Assembly: GCA_029240655.1 (NCBI GenBank)
Contig: JARDZW010000002.1
Coordinates: 1-50,601 of the forward strand
Direction: 5' to 3'
Source of the DNA: Chloroflexota bacterium
GTDB taxonomy: Bacteria; Chloroflexota; Limnocylindria; Limnocylindrales; CSP1-4
DNA: 50,601 nt
In this document: in pieces, positions 1 to 9,812 of the stretch
Layout: every line of letters begins with the position of its first letter
Position numbering within the stretch: the first letter of the stretch is position 1
Notes under the pieces: model-generated
What the model saw: the letters and a program-made list of their open reading frames with translations, nothing else
Told to the model about the DNA's origin: nothing
Databases searched by the model: none
Translations under genes and position numbers: made by a program

Positions 1-180
1 CCGGCTCCACAGCGCCAGATACGGGTCGGGCGGCTCCTGGGCCTGCATCCCGACGAGATGCTCGATGACGTCCTCGGCCGGCCGATCGACCCGCTCCAGC
101 AGGAGCTGGCGACCCAGCAGGGTCCGGTTGAGGGCGCGCCGGCTGAGGACCGGCGCGCCGTCCTGGGTTCGCTTTGCCAT
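1..180 (-). CDS. First 60 codons of a winged-helix / AlkZ-YcaQ-like (DUF1006) DNA glycosylase family protein. The gene runs off the left edge of the window.
   Basis: Absent from the ORF track because it is open at the window edge. The reverse complement of 1-180 reads MAKRTQDGAPVLSRRALNRTLLGRQLLLERVDRPAEDVIEHLVGMQAQEPPDPYLALWSR. The LNRxxLxRQxLL ... LVGxQAQ ... PYxxLWSR pattern is the typical N-terminus of this family. The ATG is at 180-178, 11 nt after the stop of the upstream epoxide hydrolase gene. Confidence 0.55.
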   Translation of the reverse strand, partial: MAKRTQDGAPVLSRRALNRTLLGRQLLLERVDRPAEDVIEHLVGMQAQEPPDPYLALWSR

Positions 181-191
181 CGAGCCGGACC

Positions 192-1346
192 CTACCGGAG
201 CCCGGCGAAAAACGTCCGGATGTCCGCGACGAGGAGGTCCGGAACTTCGAGAGACGGGAAGTGCCCACCCCGCTCGAATTCCGACCAATGCGCGGTCTTG
301 CCCTCGGGATCCATCGTTCGGCGCACGACTGGGTCGGTCGCGAACACCGCGACGCCGGTCGGCGTCGGGCTCTGCGAGCCCCAGTCCTGCTCGGCATGGA
401 ATGCCTCCCAGATGAACTGCGCGGCCGAGCCGCCCGACCGGGTGAACCAGTACAGGCTCACATTCGTCAGGATCGCGTCGCGGTCGATCGCCTCCTCGGG
501 CAGCTCGTATCGGGTGTCGGTCCATTCGTGGACTTTCTCGACGATCCAGGCGAGCTGAAAGGCCGGCGAGTCGGCCAGGCCATGCGCGAGCGTCGCGGGC
601 CGCGTCGCCTGGAGTCGCAGGTAGCCGGTCCCGTCTTCCGCCGCCGCACGCAGGCGCTCGATCGACGCGCGCTCCTCGGGCGTGGCATCGTCAGCGGCCT
701 CGCCGATCATGCCGAGGTAGGCAAGGGCCATCGGATCCGTCGCGACGTGACTGCCGATGACCGCGTCCGGGGCGTACTTGCCGAGGTCGCCCGCGATCCC
801 GGCTCCGATGTCGTAGCCGTGGGCACCATACCGCTCGTACCCGAGTCTGGCCATGAGCTCGACGATCGCCTTGGCGGTCCGGGTGCCTTCCCAGCCCGGT
901 TCCGCGACCGGCGTCGAGAAGCCGAAGCCGGGAAGCGACGGGATGACGACATGGAAGGCGTTGGCCGCATCGCCGCCATGGGCCACGGGATCGGTCAACG
1001 GGCCGATGAGCCCGACGAAGTCGACGAAGGAGCCCGGGTAGCCGTGCAGCAGGACGAGGGGCGTGGCGTCGGGTTCGGCCGATCGGACATGGATGAAGTG
1101 GATCGTCTGGCCGTCGATCTCGGTCGTGGCCTGGGGATGAGCGTTGAGCTCGGCCTCGGCGGCGCGCCAGTCGTAGTCATCGGCCCACGCCTCGGTCAGG
1201 CGGGTCAGGTAGTCGGCGGGGACGCCGCGCTCCCAGCCGTTGCCGGGATCGACCGCCGGTCGACGAGTCCGGGCCAGTCGCTCGCGGAGGTCCTGGACGT
1301 CGGCCTCCGGTACGGCGATCGTGAAGGGTGTGATGTCGGTCGACAC
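192..1346 (-). CDS. Epoxide hydrolase (alpha/beta-hydrolase fold with an epoxide-hydrolase N-terminal domain)
   Basis: 384-aa ORF. It shows HGYPGSF (HGxP oxyanion motif), [10 protein letters not shown] (Asp nucleophile elbow typical of epoxide hydrolases) and GGHFPSLE near the C-terminus. GTG start at 1346, preceded by GGAGGA on the coding strand. Confidence 0.85.
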   Translation of the reverse strand: MSTDITPFTIAVPEADVQDLRERLARTRRPAVDPGNGWERGVPADYLTRLTEAWADDYDWRAAEAELNAHPQATTEIDGQTIHFIHVRSAEPDATPLVLLHGYPGSFVDFVGLIGPLTDPVAHGGDAANAFHVVIPSLPGFGFSTPVAEPGWEGTRTAKAIVELMARLGYERYGAHGYDIGAGIAGDLGKYAPDAVIGSHVATDPMALAYLGMIGEAADDATPEERASIERLRAAAEDGTGYLRLQATRPATLAHGLADSPAFQLAWIVEKVHEWTDTRYELPEEAIDRDAILTNVSLYWFTRSGGSAAQFIWEAFHAEQDWGSQSPTPTGVAVFATDPVVRRTMDPEGKTAHWSEFERGGHFPSLEVPDLLVADIRTFFAGLR

Positions 1347-1366
1347 GGTGCATTCCTCCGTCCGAT

Positions 1367-1415
1367 ATGACAGAATGCTGTCATGAGTAAGGTATCAACT
1401 CGACAGCCTGCTGTC
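1367..1415. promoter_or_regulatory. Two palindromic operator candidates in the 36-nt divergent epoxide hydrolase/MarR control region
   Basis: ATGACAG-aatg-CTGTCAT (1367-1384, perfect 7-bp arms) overlaps the MarR ATG at 1383. GACAGC-ct-GCTGTC (1402-1415, perfect 6-bp arms) shares the same GACAG/CTGTC core. Confidence 0.5.
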
Positions 1416-1877
1416 AAGATAGAACACGTGCGGCGAACCCCGGCGGGTGACGCCTTCAGCGGCGTCGTGATCCGCCTCATCCGGCTCCAGGGGTTTCTTG
1501 CCGAGGCCGGGGACGAGCTCGCCCGTCCTGCCGGTCAGACAAGCGCTCGATGGCAAGTCCTCGCTGCCATCGAGGACGGGCCCGCAACCGTGGCCGACAT
1601 CGCCCGGACCTTGACGCTCGCTCGCCAGAGCGTGCAGCGCGTGGCGGACGCGCTGGCCGAGGGGGGGATCGTCGAGTACGTCGACAACCCGCGGCACGTG
1701 CGAGCCAAGCTCGTTTCGATGACGCCCGATGGCCGGGCTGCGCTCCGCGCGATCCAGGCTCGACAGCGCGGGTGGGCCGACACGATCGGCGCCGAGGTGG
1801 GTGAGCCGCAGCTCACTCGTTTGACCACGCTCCTGGACAAGGTCCTCGCCGCTGTCGCGCGGCATCCCGTTCGATAG
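1383..1877 (+). CDS. MarR-family transcriptional regulator
   Basis: 164 aa. The winged-HTH segment [52 protein letters not shown] is MarR-like. The gene is divergent from the epoxide hydrolase. Confidence 0.85.
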   Translation: MSKVSTRQPAVKIEHVRRTPAGDAFSGVVIRLIRLQGFLAEAGDELARPAGQTSARWQVLAAIEDGPATVADIARTLTLARQSVQRVADALAEGGIVEYVDNPRHVRAKLVSMTPDGRAALRAIQARQRGWADTIGAEVGEPQLTRLTTLLDKVLAAVARHPVR

Positions 1878-1894
1878 GTTTCGGCCTGCGGCGT

Positions 1895-2702
1895 TCAGTC
1901 GTCGGCGAGGTCGACGAGGAAGCGCCGGATCACGCGGGCGAGCCTCGGGCCGGCCTCGGCCCCGGACTCGAGGACCTCCTCGTGGGTGAGCGGAGCGCCG
2001 GTGTACCCGGCACCGGCGTTCGTCACGAGCGAGACACCGCACACCTCCAGTCCGATCCAGCGGGCAGCGATGCATTCGAGCACCGTCGACATCCCGACGG
2101 CGTCCCCACCGAGCCCGGCGAGCATCCGGACCTCGGCCGGGGTCTCATAGGTCGGCCCGGTGAGCCCGACATACACGCCCTCGCGTCAGGTCCGCGAAGC
2201 GTGGCCCGAGGTCGTCCGCGTTCGGCCCCATCAGTGGCGATCGACCGGTCAGGTTGATGTGGTCGGTCATCACCATGAGCGTGCCCGGCCCGAACGACGG
2301 GTCGAGGCCGCCTGCAGCGTTGGTCAGCACGACGATCTTCGCCCCAAGTGCCCCGAACAGCAGGACGGGCTGGATGACCAGGCCCGAGGCGTTGCCTTCG
2401 TACAGGTGAAAGCGGCCCTGAAGCATGATCACGGTTCGGCCGCCGAGCCGTCCGAGCAGCAGCCGTCCCGCGTGACCCGGGGCGGTCGCAGGTGGCCAGC
2501 CAGGCAGTTCGCCGAACGGGATCGCGACCGCATCCTCGAGGTCGTCGGCGAGCCCGCCCAGGCCCGAGCCCAGGACGATCCCCACCTCGGGAACGAGCGG
2601 CGTGTGCTCGCGGACCGCGGTGACGAGGGCGGCGATCCGGGCGGGCTGCTCGACGGGCGGGATCGGATGCGTGGGATCGACGGTGGGCGTCGGGTCGGAC
2701 AT
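1895..2702 (-). pseudogene. punA: Purine nucleoside phosphorylase (trimeric PunA/PupG type), disrupted by an internal deletion plus a frameshift
   Basis: The gene lies in two ORFs in different frames. ORF 2145-2702 gives ...GSGLGGLAD...HAGRLLLG...LQGRFHLYEG...VLTNAAGG...TDHINLTG..PLMGPN...GPRFADLT and then runs into a stop. ORF 1895-2176 gives (V)[18 protein letters not shown]...DAVGMSTV...SLVTNAGAG. About 22 residues normally found between RFxDM(S/T) and EGVY are missing. Confidence 0.7.
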
Positions 2703-2762
2703 CTGGCCTCCAGGGTCGTGTCCAGCATAGGACGCCCGAGGCGGGTGAACTTCGTCGGCCCG

Positions 2763-2782
2763 ACGGAAGTACCGACACCGGG
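2763..2782 (+). repeat. Copy of an intergenic GACGGAAGTACC...ACCGGG word that also occurs at 31545-31563
   Basis: GACGGAAGTACCGACACCGGG here versus GACGGAAGTACCACCGGGG at 31545-31563. The match is 12 nt exact, then a 3-nt indel, then ACCGGG. Both copies are preceded by CGTCG, which forms a short hairpin with GACG. Confidence 0.35.
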
Positions 2783-2976
2783 ATGCCGATCGCGTCCCGT
2801 CGGGCGACCCGCACCCCCGACGCTGTGGTGAGACAGCTACGAGGTCCGGGCAACGAAGCGCCCGAAGCGACCGAGGCGAAACTCAGGCCCTTGATGTGAT
2901 CGCGGTTCCTGGGGTCCTGTCGGCCCCTTCGGGCAAGACCTACGTTAGGCGGACGGTCGCGGGCGGGTCAACGCGC

Positions 2977-3051
2977 TTATCCACGAACCTGCGGAACGCG
3001 TCCGAAGCCTGTCCACGAACCCGATCCGCCTGTGGATAACCCTGTGGACGA
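2977..3051. promoter_or_regulatory. Cluster of four DnaA-box-like 9-mers, two in each orientation
   Basis: The boxes are TTATCCACG (2977-2985), CTGTCCACG (3009-3017), TGTGGATAA (3031-3039) and TGTGGACGA (3043-3051). TGTGGATAA is the reverse complement of TTATCCACA, an exact match to the classical box. TGTGGACGA is the reverse complement of TCGTCCACA. All four lie inside the ~400-nt non-coding gap between punA and moaA. Confidence 0.4.
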
Positions 3052-3108
3052 ATGCGACCGCGCCCTCGATCGCCCGCAGCCCGCAGCCCAGTCCGTCGAG
3101 CGCCGCCC

Positions 3109-4167
3109 TCAGCCGCCCATCGCGAACATCTCGACCTTGGGCAGGTCGGACGTGGACTGCGAGCGAAGCTCGGAATAGCGATCGTCGCGCGCCCGCCACA
3201 CCTCCGCGAGGAACGTCACCAGCTCCTCGTCACTCGATCCGTCGCGCAGCACCGCCCGGACGTCGCGGCCCGCGACGGCGAACAGGCACGTGTAGAGCTT
3301 GCCGTCGGCCGATAACCGCGCGCGCGTGCAGTCCCGGCAGAACGGGCGGGTGACCGACGAGATGATGCCGAACTCGCCGAGGCCGTCCAGGTAGGTCCAA
3401 CGGCCGGCGACCTCGCCGCGGTAGCTGGGATCTGCGGGCTCGGCCGGCCACACGCCGCTCACGAGGTCGATCAGCTCCTGGGCCGGCACCACCTCGTCGA
3501 GCCGCCAGCCATTCGAGTGCCCGACGTCCATGTATTCGATGAAGCGCAGGACCACACCGGTCTCGCGCGCCCACCGTGCCATGGGCACGACCGACGACTC
3601 GTTGATGCCGCGCCGGACCACCATATTGATTTTCACGGGGGTCAGACCGGCCTCCAGGGCGGCATCCACGCCGTCGAGGACGCGCGCCACGGGGAAGTCC
3701 ACGCCGTTCATCGCGCCAAACACCGCGTCGTCCAGCGAATCCAGGCTCACGGTCACTCGTCGCAGGCCCGCATCAGCAAGGGGACCAGCCAGCGCGGCGA
3801 GCGCCGCTCCGTTCGTCGTCAGCGTCAGATCGAGCGGACGGCCGTCGGGTGTCCGGAGCGCCGCCAGCTCCGCGATCAGCGTGGGGAGCTCGCGTCGGAC
3901 GAGCGGTTCACCGCCCGTGATCCGCAGTTTCTCGACGCCTAGCGCCACGAACGCGCGAGCCGCCCGCTCGATCTCCTCGAAGCTCAGGACCTGCTCTTTG
4001 GGCAGGAACGCATAGTCCCGACCGAACACTTCCTTGGGCATGCAATAGGTGCACCGGAAGTTGCAGCGGTCCGTGACCGAGATGCGCAGGTCGTGGAGCG
4101 GCCGTCCGAGCGTATCGAGAGGTTCCATCACCGCCCATCGTACTCGTGGTGAGCGTTGCGACCCCAC
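3109..4167 (-). CDS. moaA: GTP 3',8-cyclase MoaA (radical SAM, molybdenum cofactor biosynthesis)
   Basis: It shows CNFRCTYCMP (CxxxCxxC radical-SAM cluster), GGEPL, the C-terminal auxiliary cluster FCRDCTRARLSADGKLYTCLF, and a ...AMGG tail. The GTG at 4167 gives 352 aa. An in-frame ATG at 4128 (MEPLDTLGRPLHDLR...) gives 339 aa and may be the true start. Confidence 0.9.
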   Translation of the reverse strand: MGSQRSPRVRWAVMEPLDTLGRPLHDLRISVTDRCNFRCTYCMPKEVFGRDYAFLPKEQVLSFEEIERAARAFVALGVEKLRITGGEPLVRRELPTLIAELAALRTPDGRPLDLTLTTNGAALAALAGPLADAGLRRVTVSLDSLDDAVFGAMNGVDFPVARVLDGVDAALEAGLTPVKINMVVRRGINESSVVPMARWARETGVVLRFIEYMDVGHSNGWRLDEVVPAQELIDLVSGVWPAEPADPSYRGEVAGRWTYLDGLGEFGIISSVTRPFCRDCTRARLSADGKLYTCLFAVAGRDVRAVLRDGSSDEELVTFLAEVWRARDDRYSELRSQSTSDLPKVEMFAMGG

Positions 4168-4317
4168 AACACGTCTCGTCCACCAGCCGCCGAGAGTACG
4201 ACCGGCGCACGCCGCTGGTACCTCTAGCGGACTCCACCGGACCAGACCCCGGAGGCACTATGCCGACACGCCCAGATCCAACCCCAGACCCCAAGACCCG
4301 ACAGAGGACCCCATCGC

Positions 4318-5796
4318 ATGGCCACGACCGATGCCAAGCCCGGATTCCGTCTCCCGTGGAGCGCGGACCGAAACGAGTCCGACGCTCGCGCCGAGATGAC
4401 CGGAGACGCACCGGTCGGCGCAGCCCTCCCCACAGACCAGGAGATCGAGGCACCTGACATGATCGACGCAGCGCCTTCAGAGACCGACCAGGCGGCGGCC
4501 GTCGACGACGGGCCGGCCGTGGACACCATGAGCGAGGACAGCGCGCCGGTCGAATCGACGGCAGCCGCCGAGCCGTCGCCCGTCGACACGACCGAGGCCT
4601 CGAACGCAACCCGGCAGCAGCCCAGCAAGTTCATGGCCGATCTCACGAGGGCCATGCAGGGCGCCGCGGAGACCGCCAAGGCCGATACGCTCGCGCGCTT
4701 CAGCGCCGATGCCAAGGCCCACATCGAGTCGATCCACGCCGCGACCGCGATCGAGGCGACGGAGCTGCGCAAGCAGGCCGACGACGACGTCGCGTCCATC
4801 CGCGAGTGGTCCAAGGCCGAGATCGCCCGGATCCGCGAAGAGACCGACGAGCGCATCACTCACCGCAAGGCTCGCCTCGAGCGCGAGATCGACGCCCACG
4901 CCGCCGACATCGAGGGACGCATCGAGCGCGTCCAGCGTCGTGTCGATGCCTTCGAGGCCGAGATGGCCGAATTCTTCCAGCGCCTGATCGCGGAAGAGGA
5001 CGCGACCCGCTTCGCGGCGATGGCCGCGAGCCTGCCCGAGCCGCCGCCCTGGGACGAGATGTCGAATGGCGAGTTTGCGACCCTGACCGAGACCGAGCCC
5101 GCGAACGACATGTACACGCAGATCGAGGAGGCCCTTGCGGAGCAGGCGATCGCCGTCGATCCCGAGCCCGACGCCCTGGCCGAACCTGCCGAGGCGGTCG
5201 GTGAGACGATCGATGCTTCCGAGTCCACGGACGCGGCAGCGGTCGACGAGACGCAGCCGACCGAAGCGCAAGCCGAAGTCGTGGCCGCGACCGACGACCA
5301 GCCGACCGACGACGCCGTCACGGGCGAGTCGGAGAGCGAGGTTGCCGGGATCGACCCTCGCGTCGCGGCGCTTGGCCTGACGCCTGACTTCGATGCAGCC
5401 GAGGCGGAGGCCGCCGCTTTCAACCCTGAGGAAGCCTCCACCGAGGAAGAGATCCCCGTGATCGGTGACGATGCCCTGGCGGCCCGCCTTGCGGGCCTCG
5501 TCCCCGACGCCGACACCGCCGCCACCGAGGCGCACACCACCCGGGTCGTCGTCACCGGCCTGGTCAGCGTCGCGAGCATCGCCGGCTTCAAGCGCCAGCT
5601 GTCCCGCGTCGCGGGCGTGCAGTCGGTCGGCGTGTCGTCCGGGCCCGACGGCGAGTTCCTCTTCGCGGTCGCCCACGACTCCGGCATCGTCCTTCGGGAC
5701 GCCGTCACCACGCTCCCCGGCTTTGGCGCTCGCGTCACCGCCGAGGCCGAGGGTGAGCTCACCGTCACCGCCAAAGATCCTGAAGCCGAAGGCTGA
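4318..5796 (+). CDS. Acidic protein with disordered, coiled-coil and small C-terminal globular regions; unknown function
   Basis: 492 aa. The N-terminal ~110 aa are D/E/A/P-rich. A charged helical block follows: ATELRKQADDDVASIREWSKAEIARIREETDERITHRKARLEREIDAHAADIEGRIERVQRRVDAFEAEMAEFFQRL. Then comes a second acidic low-complexity stretch and a ~85-aa C-terminal domain (TTRVVVTGLVSVASIAGFKRQLSRVAGVQSVGVSSGPDGEFLFAVAHD...). Its stop is 2 nt before the next gene's GTG. Confidence 0.7.
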   Translation: MATTDAKPGFRLPWSADRNESDARAEMTGDAPVGAALPTDQEIEAPDMIDAAPSETDQAAAVDDGPAVDTMSEDSAPVESTAAAEPSPVDTTEASNATRQQPSKFMADLTRAMQGAAETAKADTLARFSADAKAHIESIHAATAIEATELRKQADDDVASIREWSKAEIARIREETDERITHRKARLEREIDAHAADIEGRIERVQRRVDAFEAEMAEFFQRLIAEEDATRFAAMAASLPEPPPWDEMSNGEFATLTETEPANDMYTQIEEALAEQAIAVDPEPDALAEPAEAVGETIDASESTDAAAVDETQPTEAQAEVVAATDDQPTDDAVTGESESEVAGIDPRVAALGLTPDFDAAEAEAAAFNPEEASTEEEIPVIGDDALAARLAGLVPDADTAATEAHTTRVVVTGLVSVASIAGFKRQLSRVAGVQSVGVSSGPDGEFLFAVAHDSGIVLRDAVTTLPGFGARVTAEAEGELTVTAKDPEAEG

Positions 5797-5798
5797 TC

Positions 5799-7028
5799 GT
5801 GGCTCGACCAAGCGTCGCCGTATCGCTCCCGGCCGAGGAGTCCGTCCCGGTCGCAGCGGAGCTTCGGGAGGCCGGCTTCACCGTCGTGACGGTGAGCCAC
5901 CCCGATGAGCTGGAGGCCTTCCTGGCGGGCAACCGCGACGTCGCGGTCGCCATCCTCGACGGCGAGACCGACTTTGACCGATCGCTCGAGTTCTACGGTC
6001 TCCTGCGCGACAATGGACGGGCGATCCCGGCGCTCATGGTCGTGTCGCCCCGAACGCTCGACAAGCTCGGGTCAGGTGGCGCGGGCAGCGTCGAGGACGA
6101 ATATTTCACCCGCCCATACTCCGCCGAGTCCCTGCGCTGGCGAGTCGAGGCGATGTGCATCCGCAGCCAGACCGTCGACGACGGCTCAGGACCCGTCCTG
6201 CAGAGTGGTCCGCTGGAGGCCGACGGCTGGTCGCACCCGGCGACGGTCATCGCGGTCTTCAATCCGAAGGGCGGCGTCGGCAAGACGACGGTCGCCACGA
6301 ACCTGGCCTCGGCGCTCCAGATCCGCAAGGGCCAGAACGTCCTCCTGGTGGACGCGGACACCGTGACCGGACACGTGACGACATCGCTGGGCATGAACGA
6401 GGTCCGGACCGTCGTCGACAGCCTGCGCGACGAGCCAGATGGCGGCGCGGTCGAGACCCTTGCGGACCTGGCCGCGGCGCACTCCTCGGGCCTGCGGGTC
6501 GTGTCGCTGACGTCATCGCCGCTGAACAACGAGATCCTCGAGCCGTCTCGGGTGACCGCGCTGATCAACGCTGCCCGGCGCGGCTTCGATTACATCGTCA
6601 TCGACCTGCATCCCTCGTACGGCGCGCTCAACCAGGCGATCTTCGAGGTCGCCGACCGCATCCTTGTGCCGGTCACCCCGGACGTGCCCGCCATTCGCGC
6701 CGCCGTGCAGCTGGCGGATCTCGCGACCGAGCTCGGCCTTCGCGAGCGCCTCGCACTGGTCATCAATCGAGCCAACAGCGGCGTGTCCGTCGCCGACATG
6801 GAGCGAACCGTTGGCATGCCGTCATTGGCCCTGCTGCGCTCCGGGGGGCTGCTCTTCGTCCGCGCGGCGAACGAAGGCCGGACCGTCATCGAGATGTTCC
6901 CGCGCGAGAAGATCAGCGAGGACTTCGACGCCCTTGCCGACCGGATCATCGGCACGCCAGTGTCCGCGCCGGCCGCCAAGCCCGCCTTCGGTCTTTTCAA
7001 CCGCCAGAAGGTCGCCGTCCGAGCCTAG
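5799..7028 (+). CDS. Receiver-like domain fused to a ParA/MinD-family ATPase (CpaE/TadZ-like architecture)
   Basis: 409 aa. It carries a deviant Walker A (FNPKGGVGKTTVATNLASAL), LLVDADTVTG, and a Walker B-like YIVIDLHPS. The N-terminal ~125 aa have receiver topology (VAILDGE, ALMVVSP), but the usual Lys position reads FTRPY. Confidence 0.8.
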   Translation: MARPSVAVSLPAEESVPVAAELREAGFTVVTVSHPDELEAFLAGNRDVAVAILDGETDFDRSLEFYGLLRDNGRAIPALMVVSPRTLDKLGSGGAGSVEDEYFTRPYSAESLRWRVEAMCIRSQTVDDGSGPVLQSGPLEADGWSHPATVIAVFNPKGGVGKTTVATNLASALQIRKGQNVLLVDADTVTGHVTTSLGMNEVRTVVDSLRDEPDGGAVETLADLAAAHSSGLRVVSLTSSPLNNEILEPSRVTALINAARRGFDYIVIDLHPSYGALNQAIFEVADRILVPVTPDVPAIRAAVQLADLATELGLRERLALVINRANSGVSVADMERTVGMPSLALLRSGGLLFVRAANEGRTVIEMFPREKISEDFDALADRIIGTPVSAPAAKPAFGLFNRQKVAVRA

Positions 7029-7089
7029 CCTCGCACGCTCCCCCTTTGGCCCGACGGGTCATGGCATCGGCCGCGGCCCGTTTCGACGA

Positions 7090-7734
7090 CTAGCGCGATC
7101 TGTCGCGCCAGCTGATGCCGCCGAGCGGTTGGCCGGGCAGGGGCTGCGGGCGTTCGCCGGTGCGCCGGTCGATCTGCTCGAGGCCGCGCAGGTAGAACCG
7201 ATTGATGAGGATGGCGTCCATCTCGTCCCCGAGCTGCATCTCGCCGAGGTACGCGGTGGCCGCCACGACCGGCACGAACATCTCGGTCGCCCGATCGAGC
7301 AGCCGGTCGGGTTCGGAGCCGGGGCTCATGTACACCGTCCCGATCACCCGGTAGGGCGGCACCTCGAGCGCGACGTCGTAAGGGATCTTGTGCACCTTGT
7401 AGGCGGTCCGCTCCGCATCGGTCAATGGCGGCAGGGTGGCGGCGCCGGCCAGCACGAGGATCAGGTCGTACGGGTCGATCGCCTTGAGACCAGAGGCCGG
7501 CGCCAGCTCGCCACTCCCATCGACCGGCGCCCAGCGCACATCCGAGATCGTGACCGCCTCGCGCTTGTTCAGCGCGTCCGACAGCCTTGCCGGGATGTGC
7601 ATCTCGCCGACGATCCGCCACTCGTCCGTGAGACCGTCGAACGGCACCCCGCGGATGCCCGAGCCACCGACGCCGGCGATCGGCGCGTCCGCGCCGGCTC
7701 CGTCCTTCTTCCGCTTGAGGAAGTCGAATGGCAC
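7090..7734 (-). CDS. Hypothetical protein, apparently translationally coupled to acs
   Basis: The ORF track gives 7090-7788, whose first 18 codons would overlap acs. An in-frame GTG at 7734-7732 sits 1 nt after the acs TGA (..GAGGACTGAcGTGCCATTCGAC..) and gives VPFDFLKRKKDG.... I recognise no family motif. Confidence 0.55.
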   Translation of the reverse strand: MPFDFLKRKKDGAGADAPIAGVGGSGIRGVPFDGLTDEWRIVGEMHIPARLSDALNKREAVTISDVRWAPVDGSGELAPASGLKAIDPYDLILVLAGAATLPPLTDAERTAYKVHKIPYDVALEVPPYRVIGTVYMSPGSEPDRLLDRATEMFVPVVAATAYLGEMQLGDEMDAILINRFYLRGLEQIDRRTGERPQPLPGQPLGGISWRDRSR

Positions 7735-7735
7735 G

Positions 7736-9760
<2,025 letters not shown>

Positions 9761-9812
9761 CGTACCGCGGGCGGCGCCGCGGCCGCGCGATGCTGTCCGC
9801 GCGCGGGGGTCG

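Noticed and set aside
2783-2899. 38-codon ORF (MPIASRRATRTPDAVVRQLRGPGNEAPEATEAKLRPLM) in the punA-moaA gap.
   Set aside because: It has no Shine-Dalgarno sequence and an Arg/Ala/Pro-rich composition typical of random GC-rich frames. There is nothing to support translation.
2703-3108. Reading the DnaA-box cluster as the chromosomal replication origin (oriC).
   Set aside because: There is no dnaA, dnaN, rpmH or gyrB nearby and no obvious AT-rich unwinding element. There is also no coherent switch of gene orientation around it. I keep it only as a DnaA-box-like cluster of unknown role.
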